This document shows positions 26,301 through 37,689 of a DNA stretch of 64,000 bases, piece by piece. Numbering within the stretch: position 1 is the first letter of the stretch; every line of letters starts with the position of its first letter. Origin of the DNA: Octopus bimaculoides (Eukaryota). The DNA lies in the NCBI RefSeq assembly GCF_001194135.2, contig NC_068993.1:54391908-54455907 (forward strand), read 5' to 3'. A program made the position numbers and the translations under genes. The notes beneath the pieces were generated by a model. That model was not told where the DNA came from, did not search any database, and saw only the letters and a list, made by a program, of their open reading frames with translations.

Positions 26301-27810
26301 CTGGTTTTAGAAATAAAATGAAAAATATAGCATTAATGGCAGGAAAAGCACTTGAAATTAGGGAAATATTTCAAAATTAGGTTTATATTAAAGCAACCAA
26401 AATGAAATAAATTTTGATTATTTAAGTTTATTGGAAAGAACTTACCAGAAATTATAGAAAAATAAATAGTTATTATTTTCCAGAAGCTGATATAAGTAGT
26501 GTTAAGAAACTTGTCTAAGGATTTAATACAACATTTATGATGCCATACAAATCTACATTAGCTCCTTCGTGAGTCATTTGGACTTATAGGGCTGATTTTC
26601 TGGTTTCTGTGATGTATATTTACTCTTGGATGGGATGCCAGTCAATTTCAGGAACACTCACTTTTGCCAGCTGAGTGGACTGGACCAACATGAAATGAAG
26701 TGTTTTGTTCTATAACATAACATGATGCTCGATCCTGGAATCGAAACCACAATCCTATGATCATGAGCCCAACACCTTAACCACTAAGCGATACACCACC
26801 ACTATGTAGAAATTTACTCCACAATGTCATAGAACTGTATCTCTCTACACAGTCTACCACAAGGTCCAGTCCTTGTTGTGGCTTGTGTGTCTCAGTGACC
26901 CTAAGAGCTATGACTGAAGAGTGCCAGCTCTTGGCTGGACGCTCCTATACTGGACATGTCAAACGATAGAGGCCAGATGAATATGGGCTACTTCTTCCCA
27001 GTTGAGGTGGTCCATATTAGTTTGGCCCAAAGGGGGAGTGTTGGCCCTTTGTAAGCTGAAATGGATTTGCATAGGGCCAACATTCCTACCTAGATAATAA
27101 AAAAAGAACAATAGTTCCCAGCAACCCTAATACCCACTAAGTACATTTAATATTCCTTGAGAACTTTTAATACTCCCCATCTTTGTTAACACTCCCTAAG
27201 TATTATAATATAATTCTCTTATATTCCTTGTGTACTCTAATATTCTCAAAGTTGCTTTACAGGCATATTTTAAAGAATGTGGAGTCTACAGTCATGGAAA
27301 ACCTGGACAGTGGCTTTAGTGCTGCACCACTTTGACAAATTTAGTCAATGAAATCAGGTGGAGTCCTACACAGTGGAACCTTGGCCAAGTGTCTTCTCTT
27401 ATAGCTCCAGACTAATCAAAGCCTTGTGAGTGGATTTGGTTGATGAAACTGAAAGAAGCCTGTTGTATGTAATGCATATATCTGTACACACATACACATG
27501 TGTGTGTGTGTGTGTGAGCATGAATATATGTATGTGTGTGTCTCCTAATCTTGATAAAAGTGTGGTAGCTGTAAATGAATATCACTGTCATACAAGCAGT
27601 GTGGTTAATTTCTTATCAATATTGTGCAAAATCATGACTGCTTTATGCAACCATAGAAAATTGGACATGATGATGACAATAATGGTGATGATGATGATGA
27701 TGATATGTATGTGTGTATTGTATGTCATTACCATCATGGTGATCAGCTTCATTTTATGTGTTTTTCCATACCTTCACAACCTGGAATATACATTCTTACA
27801 TGCAAATATA

Positions 27811-28041
27811 CAGGGTGTCCATAAATTACCTTTACAATTTGAAAATTTAAAAAAAAATTACAAAATGCAAAAAAAAAAAAAGATAACTGAGCAGAGTTTA
27901 TTGGAAAACAGAGAAACAAATAAAGTTTTATGAGAAACATCAGAGCAATTCCACATGGGTTCCATGGTTTGCATGCAACACATCTCGATGATATAACAGA
28001 ATAAATTATGGAGGTTGTAAAGATAATTTATGAACACCCTG
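27811..28041. mobile_element. Tc1/mariner-type MITE, 231 bp, in the last otopetrin intron
   Basis: TIR cagggtgtccataaatt versus cagggtgttcataaatt (16/17); TA at both flanks (27809-27810, 28042-28043). Confidence 0.8.
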
Positions 28042-28116
28042 TATGCAAATATATAAAGAAAATCTCTAGCTATGATTGGCTGATTTAAGTGAAGAAATGA
28101 AAAGGTGAAATATTAC

Positions 28117-28287
28117 CTGCACAGATGAGACTGTACTGGATGCTGCATGGGTACAAATATGGAGCTGCATCTTCAACAACTTTACTCATAAGGCTTGTCT
28201 CGATACATTTACCACTGCCAGAGTCTACTCCGGCATTAAAGCTTGTGTTAATACCGCCTGTAGATGAAATAATTATGCTGAGGTCAC
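28117..28287 (-). CDS. Otop: Otopetrin coding exon (L5-6 loop and TM6)
   Basis: tttctttctAG acceptor and GTAATA donor, phase 1 to 1; DLSIII...KCIETSLMSKVVEDAAPYLYPCSIQYSLICA. Confidence 0.92.
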
Positions 28288-28396
28288 CTAGAAAGAAACA
28301 TTTCAAACACTGTTCTAATTACATTGTGTAAGGCCTACAGCTTTGGCAGATGACAGCCGTTAGAGGATTCAACCTCCATACCGGCCTTCTGATGAT

Positions 28397-28651
28397 AATG
28401 AGATGGTCCAATAGCAAGGAACAAGCTCAGCAGATAGCACAGGATATGATGAGATGATCCAATGGCAAGGAACATGCTCAGTAGATGGCTCAGAATACGA
28501 TGAGATGATCCAATGGCAAGGAACATGCTCAGTAGATGGCTCAGAATACGATGAGATGATCCAATGGCAAGGAACATGCTCAGTAGATAACACAGGATAT
28601 GATGAGATGATTCAACATTATAAGCACAAGCTCTGCGAATAGCACAGGATT
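28397..28651. repeat. 51-bp minisatellite, about 5 units, intronic
   Basis: Unit gatgagatgatccaatggcaaggaacatgctcagtagatggctcagaatac; units at 28448 and 28499 are identical and outer units are diverged. Confidence 0.9.
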
Positions 28652-28942
28652 GTGGGAGAGAAAATGATGGGAGGGCCCCATTAGATAAGCACAAGCAATT
28701 CATGCCAAACAGGAAGGAAAATTTGATTGTGTAAGGGTTTCATTTTTCCTAAGAGTATTAGGGATAAATATGTGTGTGTGTGTGTATGTAATACATACAT
28801 AAGCTAAAGAATCTCCTGATGCTATTGTAAAAACATTTCATCTGTCGAAAAATGTTTTAATCATTGATTTGATTAAGAAGAAAAATTCTTGAAGTGGCAC
28901 GAAATTAACAGGATTAAATAGCAATATTTTGGGGCAAGATAA

Positions 28943-29145
28943 TGCAGTGAGATGGCAGAATTGTTAGCATGCCAAGCAAAGTGCTTAGTGGCATTTCATC
29001 CATCTTTATGTCCTGTGTTCAAATTCTACTGAGGTCAGCTTTGCCTTTTACGGTCAATGAAATAAGGATCATTTGAGCACTGGGGTCAATGTAATAGACT
29101 TAACCCCACTCTCGAAATTGCTGGCCTTGAGCCAAAATTTGTAAC
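28943..29145 (+). mobile_element. Diverged SINE type A flanked by a 21-bp direct repeat
   Basis: Type A similarity; caatattttggggcaagataa at 28922-28942 and 29146-29166. Confidence 0.65.
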
Positions 29146-29593
29146 CAATATTTTGGGGCAAGATAAGGCACCAAACTGGCAGAATCATTATCATACCAGG
29201 TAAGAATCTAGTGGTATATATATATATATATATATATAAGAAATGGAAAGAGTTGTAACATTGTCTTTGAGATTCAAACTTCAAACACTGTGCCTCTCTG
29301 TAACTCATAAATCTGTGCTAACCACAACACCAAAGCATACATATTTAATTTTGAGCTGAGGTTTCAACTCCCGTCACATCACTATACTGAGTTAGCCTAT
29401 TTTCATTTGTCTTGGCAACTCTGTATATGTTAAGTGTGTGAACTTAATCTCCACATGTAGGGGGGGGGGTCGATATTTAAGACGTGTATGTGTGAATGCG
29501 TAGGCTGGGAATGTTAGAACAGTGAGAGAATGTTAGAACAATGAATCAATGAGAAAAAATTTCAGCAAATCAGGCGTGGCTGTCGAAACTTAC

Positions 29594-29816
29594 CATTGTC
29601 TTGATTGAATGAGTATTCAGAGCCATTGCCGCTACCGGTGTAGGTCAATGGTTCTGCTTCTGGTGCTGCGTGGACTTTATTTTCTTTGATGCTTGTATGT
29701 TCATGGATCTCTCTAATGGTCTCCTTCACCAGATCACGCGTCCAGACACTCAGGTTCGTTCCAACCATGTGCATCAGACCGAAACGTGCAATTGCTTTAT
29801 AACTTTGGATACACAT
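29594..29816 (-). CDS. Otop: Otopetrin coding exon (TM5 and extracellular loop)
   Basis: ctctctttgcAG acceptor and GTAAGT donor, phase 0 to 1; MCIQSYKAIARFGLMHMVGTNLSVW matches the otopetrin RFGLMH-x-x-TN-x-x-x-W motif. Confidence 0.93.
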
Positions 29817-29859
29817 CTGCAAAGAGAGAGAGAGATTCCTCTGTTAGGTGTGTTATTTT

Positions 29860-30087
29860 TTTACTACCCACAAGGGGCTACACACAGAAGGGACAAACAA
29901 GTGCAGACAAACGGATTAAGTCGATTACATCGACCCCAATGCGTAACTGGTACTTATTTAATCGACCCCGAAAGGATGAAAGGCAAAGTCGACCTCGGCG
30001 GAATTTGAACTCAGAACGTAGCGGCAGACGAAATACCGCTAAGCATTTCGCCCGGCGTGCTAACGATTCTGCCAGCTCGCTGCCTTT
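29860..30087 (-). mobile_element. SINE type A, well conserved copy
   Basis: Reverse complement of the 5880-6105 family; lies about 45 bp from the acceptor of exon 29594..29816. Confidence 0.8.
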
Positions 30088-30371
30088 AGGTGTCCTCTGT
30101 TAGGTGTGTGGTGGGTTTTATCTAGCATTCTTTCTCATCCATGTGTATGTGTGAGTGTGTGTGTGTGTGTGCTTGTTCATGTGTGTGTGTGTATGTGCAC
30201 ACACACACATATACACACACTTGCACAAATACTTGTATACATACATTGAATGCAAACAAATATTATGGTTCCAAGCACTAACTCGGAATATCAACTAACT
30301 TGGATAATAAGCTATTTAACCTATGGCAGCATAGAAAGATGGGACATAGAATGATGAAACGATGATATATA

Positions 30372-30479
30372 GTTGCTGTGTGGTAAGTAGCTTGCTTACC
30401 GACCACGTGGTTCCGGGTTCAGTCCCACTGCGTGGCACCTTGGCCAAGTGATTTCTACTATTGCCTTGGGCCGATATAC

Positions 30480-30546
<67 letters not shown>

Positions 30547-30740
30547 TACACTTGTGTGNNNNNNNNNNGTCAACCGATGCTGGTGTGTTTATGTTCCCGT
30601 AACTTAGCTGTTCGACAAAAGAGACTGATAGAATAAGTACTAGGCTTACAAAGAATAAGTCCTGGGGTCGATTTGGTCGACTAAAGGCGGTGCTCCAGCA
30701 TGGCCGCAGTCAAATGACTGAAACAAGTAAAAGAATAAAA
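30372..30740 (+). mobile_element. Bipartite SINE type B (CORE-like head, internal microsatellite, 3' module)
   Basis: gctgtgtggtaag...ccactgcgtggcaccttggccaagtg head and ...ggcggtgctccagcatggccgcagtcaaatgactgaaacaagtaaaaga tail; other copies near 43860-44105, 52741-53615 and 55105-55372. Confidence 0.75.
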
Positions 30741-30741
30741 G

Positions 30742-30799
<58 letters not shown>

Positions 30800-32316
30800 T
30801 ACACTTGTGTGTATATGTACACGTGTGTAATGCATATACACATACATTTATGCATACACGCATGAAGACACCCACACACTCACACATACACACACCCACA
30901 GAAAGACAGACAAACAGAGATACAGCGTTTTGAATTTGATTTGCAAGAACTTTGATATGAAAACCATTTGTTGAAAGCAATACCATCGTATTTTGAGAGA
31001 GACACTCTCATTGGTAAAGGACCACTTGAGTTTTACCAATAAATCTCCCCCCCCCCATAAGAGTGGTGTGACCTTTTCATTGACTTTAATCTTTCAATAT
31101 TTTATCAAATTGTTGGAAAAGGAGCCTGATGATGGTTACAAGTCTCATCTTTCTATTTAGGTTGTCAAGCATCAAATATGTTGTCATGTTGATGTTTTCT
31201 TTCATTTTATTTTTCATTGTCTATTTTAAAAATCTATGATCTTATTTTCATTTGTTTATTTATTTATTTTTTTGGTGGTGGTATAAAAATGTGTGCTTAT
31301 AGTTTGTAGGTTATGTGTGTAAGTATGTATATGTGTATGGTGTGTAGTTTGTAGGTTGTGTGTGTGTGTGTACAAGTGTAGTTTGTGGGTATGTGTGTTT
31401 CTGCTTCGTGTTTGTATATGTGTGTATATGTGTGTGTGGTTGACCTTAGTGGACTTTAATCTTATAATATTCTCTTTCATTCTTGTATTGCTGTAGTGGT
31501 GAGTTGTAGCTATGAAGATGTTACACCATTTATTCGTTCCATGGCTTATGTGTGTGTGTGCGCGCAGGGTCCTGCATGTGTTGTCAGGACCTACTTCCAG
31601 TATGCATACAGCCTCCATAACCTGTCATAATGTTGGGTCTTTGAGTTGTTGGGAAATAAATTTTGATGTCACCATTGTTTATTGATCTATTGTATTTCTG
31701 TATGGCATGTTGTCTGTGTATGAATAACTGTGCATAAATAACTTGTATGAATAGCTGTATATGAATAAACTTTATTAGCTTACAGGAAATCGATAGTCAC
31801 TTTGATGACTTTATCATGGTGGATGGAATTTGCTAAGTGATGGGTGTGTTTTCTATAGTTCACCCCCCTCCCGTCACACCCGCACAGAGTGGCACGTGAC
31901 TTGGAAATACGAGTGCTGGCCTGACGATCATAGCGTCGCGGATTCGGTTCCCGGACTAGTGACGCATTGTGCCCTTCAGCCAGGCGCTTCATTTCACATC
32001 GCTGTCCAGAGTGTCTGCGTCTGCCCTTAACTACATAAGCACATAAAACATTAAACACATGGTAGATGTTACCCTGTAACATGCGAGTAGTGGACACTTT
32101 TGATCGCACACACACACACACGCGTGTGTTTGTGTTGTACGTGTATGTGCGCGCGCACGCGCACGCACACGTATTTGTGAATGTGTTTAAAGAAGGGAAA
32201 AGGAAGTATTAAAAAACCTAATTCAAAGTTGAAAATTTGATGGATCAAAGTAAAGTTAGAGTAGCTTCCCTTGTAATCACAAGTATCTCAGTCATTTGTA
32301 GTAACTTCCCCTCGAC

Positions 32317-32348
<32 letters not shown>

Positions 32349-32522
32349 CGCTTACGTGCGCGCTTAAGTGCGAGTGTATTAAGTATGTGAGCAGAGTAAA
32401 AGTAGCGCGACTAAAACTGTATTTTCTGTCATACAAGTTTTTCAGACCAAAATCATTTTCATTTTTTCATTCTATCTAGTTTCAGCTCATGAGCTGTGGC
32501 TATGCTGAGGCACCGCCATTTG

Positions 32523-32567
32523 AAAAGTATGGAACGCTTCACGAATTTGCGTGTCGTCCTTGCGCAG
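32523..32567 (-). pseudogene. U6: U6 snRNA 3' fragment (45 nt)
   Basis: The minus strand reads ctgcgcaaggacgacacgcaaattcgtgaagcgttccatactttt, matching the canonical U6 3' end CTGCGCAAGGATGACACGCAAATTCGTGAAGCGTTCCATATTTTT with 2 differences; the 5' half is absent. Confidence 0.9.
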
Positions 32568-33211
32568 AAAATAAAAAGAAAGAAAGCGGCAGGACGCCTT
32601 TTACACGAAGAAAACTTCGGAGGACCAAATGTTCCAGGGAAAAAGCAACAGAATTTGGGAAAATGGTGCTGATGCTCGACTGTTTACACAAGATGCTACG
32701 TTGACTTGTATGCCGGAAAATACGATAATTAAGAGCAGGTGAGGAGTAGTAGAAGAAGGTAAAAGCATGAAGCAAAATGGGTGAGGGTGGGGGGTGGGAT
32801 TTGTAATTTCCATGAGATAAGAAAGACAAAAAGGAGCAGGTGTGGCTGTGTGATAAGCTTGGTTCCCCAGTAAATGTACTGGGGTCGAATTCATTCGACT
32901 AAAAAATTCCTCAAGCCGAAGCCCCAGCATGGCCGCAGTCTAATGACTGAAAAAAGTAAAAGATAAAGTAAGATATAACCAGGAGGGAGAGATGATGAAG
33001 AAGGAGTTAGAAACGAGAGGTGGGGATGAGGAGGTGGAGGGTGCATGAAGAGGAGCTGGAGAAGGAAAGAAATTCTCCAGCATTGTGACTTACCTTGGAA
33101 TTAAGATTAAGAAAAAGATAAAGAGGGGAAAGATGGAAGAGAATGTGATAGAAAAGAAGGAAGTGTGTGTGTGTGTGTGTGTTGGGGGTGGTGGTTGGCA
33201 GTGTGACTTAC

Positions 33212-33372
33212 CTTGGAATTAAGAAAGACAAAGTAGAGCTGTGCAAATGTGAATGTTAAATGCACAATTGGGAGCAGTCGCTGTAGGACGTTGATACAAG
33301 GGGACCGTAAGTCAAGCTCAAAGAACTCTCCAAACTGTAGTCCACTCTTTATCATACTTCCTATCCCAAAAC
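33212..33372 (-). CDS. Otop: Otopetrin coding exon (TM3-TM4)
   Basis: acAG acceptor next to an N gap and GTAAGT donor, phase 1 to 0; FGIGSMIKSGLQFGEFFE...FTFAQLYFVFLNSK. Confidence 0.92.
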
Positions 33373-34148
33373 CTGTNNNNNNNNNNNNNNNNNNNNNNNN
33401 NNNNNNNNNNNNNNNNNNNNNNNNNNNNNNNNNNNNNNNNNNNNNNNNNNNNNNNNNNNNNNNNNNNNNNNNNNNNNNNNNNNNNNNNNNNNNNNNNNNN
33501 NNNNNNNNNNNNNNNNNNNNNNNNNNNNNNNNNNNNNNNNNNNNNNNNNNNNNNNNNNNNNNNNNNNNNNNNNNNNNNNNNNNNNNNNNNNNNNNNNNNN
33601 NNNNNNNNNNNNNNNNNNNNNNNNNNNNNNNNNNNNNNNNNNNNNNNNNNNNNNNNNNNNNNNNNNNNNNNNNNNNNNNNNNNNNNNNNNNNNNNNNNNN
33701 NNNNNNNNNNNNNNNNNNNNNNNNNNNNNNNNNNNNNNNNNNNNNNNNNNNNNNNNNNNNNNNNNNNNNNNNNNNNNNNNNNNNNNNNNNNNNNNNNNNN
33801 NNNNNNNNNNNNNNNNNNNNNNNNNNNNNNNNNNNNNNNNNNNNNNNNNNNNNNNNNNNNNNNNNNNNNNNNNNNNNNNNNNNNNNNNNNNNNNNNNNNN
33901 NNNNNNNNNNNNNNNNNNNNNNNNNNNNNNNNNNNNNNNNNNNNNNNNNNNNNNNNNNNNNNNNNNNNNNNNNNNNNNNNNNNNNNNNNNNNNNNNNNNN
34001 NNNNNNNNNNNNNNNNNNNNNNNNNNNNNNNNNNNNNNNNNNNNNNNNNNNNNNNNNNNNNNNNNNNNNNNNNNNNNNNNNNNNNNNNNNNNNNNNNNNN
34101 NNNNNNNNNNNNNNNNNNNNNNNNNNNNNNNNNNNNNNNNNNNNNNNN

Positions 34149-34195
<47 letters not shown>

Positions 34196-34609
34196 ATATA
34201 TGTATGTATATATATATGTATGTGTAGTATATATAGATAATATAAATAATATATATATGTGTGTGTGTGTGTCTCTCTCTCTCTATATATATATGCATAT
34301 ATGGGTACAGGACGTCACCAAGTGTGTCAACAACATGAAATACGAAAACAAACGAGTTAGATACGCAAACAACGTGAGAAAAAATGGAAACAGGACACGT
34401 AAACACAGAGAACGACCCTTCATCAGTTGTCGGCTGTCTATCTACTCATTTCGAGCATTTTGTATATACACACACACAAGTACAAATATGCGTATGTAAG
34501 GTCTGTATGTGTGGAAGAGAGAGAGAGAGAGAGAGATGGAAAGATAGATAGGTAGATAGATAGATAGATGGATAAATAAATAAAGAGATAGAGAAAGAAA
34601 ATTACGTAC

Positions 34610-34796
34610 CGACTGCGCCAAGTCGCAAGTAGAAACTTCCTGTATCGGTGATGGTTTTGTATCTCATGCGATAATGTAAATTGTCTTCTGATTTCCGAAA
34701 TTTTGTCATTCCTCCGAGTGTCCGGGTGTGTAAAATGTAGACGTAGGCATACAATAAGAACATTATGCTCATTCCAAATAGATAGAAGTAGAAGCC
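34610..34796 (-). CDS. Otop: Otopetrin coding exon (TM2 to start of TM3)
   Basis: tttgtcttttgccAG acceptor and GTACGT donor, phase 0 to 1; GFYFYLFGMSIMFLLYAYVYIL...TGSFYLRLGAV, the conserved GSFYLRxGA motif. Confidence 0.93.
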
Positions 34797-37645
34797 CTGG
34801 CAAAAGACAAAAAATATATATAAATATATACATATAACGGTAAACAACCTCATCGTTGTTGTCGTCGTCGTAGTCGTCGACATCATCATCATCATCATTA
34901 TTATTGCCATCGTCGTCGCTGTCGGCGGTACCACCACCGCCGCCGCCAACGCCACCGCCACTAAATACAAATAAAGTAGAGTCTCGGATCTAGGAACGTA
35001 GTTTAGGAATTTGTTTGTTGCTCCCGATACCAACCCGCCTGAGATCGCCTCTCGTTCTATGTGTTCCTCTTTTAAAGCCATCTAAATTGAAACCTTTCAT
35101 TAAAATTTCAGTTTATGTTCCAAATATTAGCCTAATAAAGACAAAGTTTAAAAATTTTTTATTAAATTCTTCAAATTTAATTAGAGAAAAGCCAGTGCAT
35201 TTCAGTGGAAATGTAGCAACAAATGGGTTTAAAATCTGATCCCCACCATAAAAAAAGAAAAAAAGAAAAAAGAAAAACAAAAGTCCAGAAAAACGGTAAG
35301 CAAGGGCAATAACTCAGTTGGGAATTTCCGGACAATACAAACAAGGAATGGGCATCCTTTTTCGAGAAGTAGGCCGCATGAGACATGACTCAACATCAGC
35401 TGTGCCGCATGAGACATGGCTCGTCATCGCTACTAAAAAAATTCAAGGTAATTTTTGGTAAGCTGTGCCATTCTGAAAGGTTGCCTACGACTGTTATAAA
35501 CAGTGCAAATGTATTTGTGTGTGTGTGTGTGTGTGTGTGTGTCTTTGTATTTGTTCTTAATCCCGCTTGATAACCGTTAATGGTTTGTTTACAAGCCCGT
35601 AACTTAGCGTTTCGGCAAAAGAAACTGATAGAATAAATGCCAGGCTTAAAAAAAAGTGCAAAGGTCGATTTGTTCCACTAAACCCTTGAAGGCCATTGCC
35701 CCAGCATGGTCGCAGTTCAATAACTGGAAACAAGATAAAAAGATAAAAGATGTCTGTGTACACATATACACACGCACGCACGCGGTACGTAGAAATGAGA
35801 AAGCCTCACCATGTCTACAGAATCAAGGAATACATCATCAAAATGTCTACAACACCAAGGCTAAAAAAAATCGTCAGCCCCAATCCTCATGTTTATAAAC
35901 AAGAAGTGTAACGCGTGATAAGGACTTACCCAGAAAGTAAATAATCACTCGACTGTCTAACGCTTGTGTCCCAACCACAAGGATGACAGAGAGATAACAC
36001 TTGGCTATCGCTGTCAATCTGATTTATTGTACAGGTCAAACTGAGTAGATATAACGTATTTCTTATTGGTATCTCTCTCAGCTGCAGAAACTATAGAAAA
36101 TATATATCTTTTGGTATTAATACTGATTCCATCGCTAATAATTAATTTTTAATAAGCCTGTTTGTTGGCTATTTGCGACACCACCGTCTGAAAGAAGCTG
36201 GTATTCTATATATATCGTAGCTGCGAGATTTGACAGGCATGTGGTGACTGGACTCCTTGCACTGATGATTTGCAGTAGGCTGAAATCACGTGATATAGGA
36301 ATTCCGGCACCCATGACAGACGAATTCCGTCTGCAGCGATCTATATGTGTGCTTTTATGTACCAACCGTCTATATGTGAGGGTCTCTCAAGGCCTAAAAC
36401 GCAGTATTCGGTCTTCGAAAAAAAGGTAATAATGTAAATTGAACTAGTATTCCGTCGGTTACGACGATGAGAGTTCCAGTTGATCTGATCAACGAAACAG
36501 CCTGCTCGTGAAATTAATGTGCAAGTCGCTGAACACTCCACAGACACGTGTTACCCGTAACGTTGTTCTCGGGGAGAACAGAATGCGACAAGGCTGGCCC
36601 TTTGAAATACAGGTACAACTCATTTTTGCCAGCTGAGTGGACTGGAGCAACGTGAAATAAAGTATCTTGCTCAAGGACACAACGCGTCATCGGGAATTGA
36701 ACTCACGACCGATTCGTTTGACTAAGATTCTTCAAGGCGGTGCCCCAGCATAGCCGTAGTCTAATGACTGAAACAAGTAAAAGATAAAAAGATAAAGGAT
36801 ATTAGCGAATGAATCTTAACCATCTAAATCGACACATTAGTGAAATGAGTCTCCAACGGACAAATCGTCTGCCATAATAAGCTCTACTTCATTAAAATCT
36901 ATATCAGCCTACTTTGGTTCAAAACAGTCAAGATAAATTCAAAATAAGCCTAGATCAAAGCAGTCTAGTTAGGATCAAGAGTCAAAATAAACCTAGTTAA
37001 GAGGAAATGGATCTAGTTAGGCTCGAGAGTAAGATAAAATCAAAATAAACCTAGTTAAGATGAAACTGAGCCTAGTTAAGATCAGATCTGTCCAGCGAAG
37101 ATCAAACCAGCATTTCACGTGCAATAGCGTTCGTTACTTCAGTTCATCGTGTGTTCAAAGAACCAGGCATTTAAAGAAACATCTCCGTTAGTTTCTTTCT
37201 CATGATTCCTGCCTTAGGGTTTATTTGCTTACATACAGACTGCTGTCAGTAACGATGTTTTATCATTTTCTTGCCCTTTAGTTAACGTGTCATGTTGGAT
37301 GAGATAAAAATATCTTGTCCGATAAATACAGTTGACATATAGCAAATTGAATTTATCGAACTCGTCAACGAACTCATATATTAGATGAGAACATAAATAC
37401 ATTATACGTGTATGAGAATATGCGTGTGTGTGTGTGTGTGAGTGTGTGTGTATGTGTATGTAAGTAGATACATCCGTAAGCACACACGCGCTCGAGCGCA
37501 CGTGTGCGGCTGCATACATCTATGAACATTCATACATGTATAGTTGAGTATATGTTTAATAGTCTATTCACATATACAAATATACGTTTACGCCTATAAG
37601 CAAACTATCACAAACACATGCAAACACTCTCACACGCAGAATTGA

Positions 37646-37689
<44 letters not shown>

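Noticed and set aside
34290-34460. Repeat containing cgaaa and ctgatga on the minus strand, hammerhead-like
   Set aside because: Stems I and III cannot be formed convincingly.
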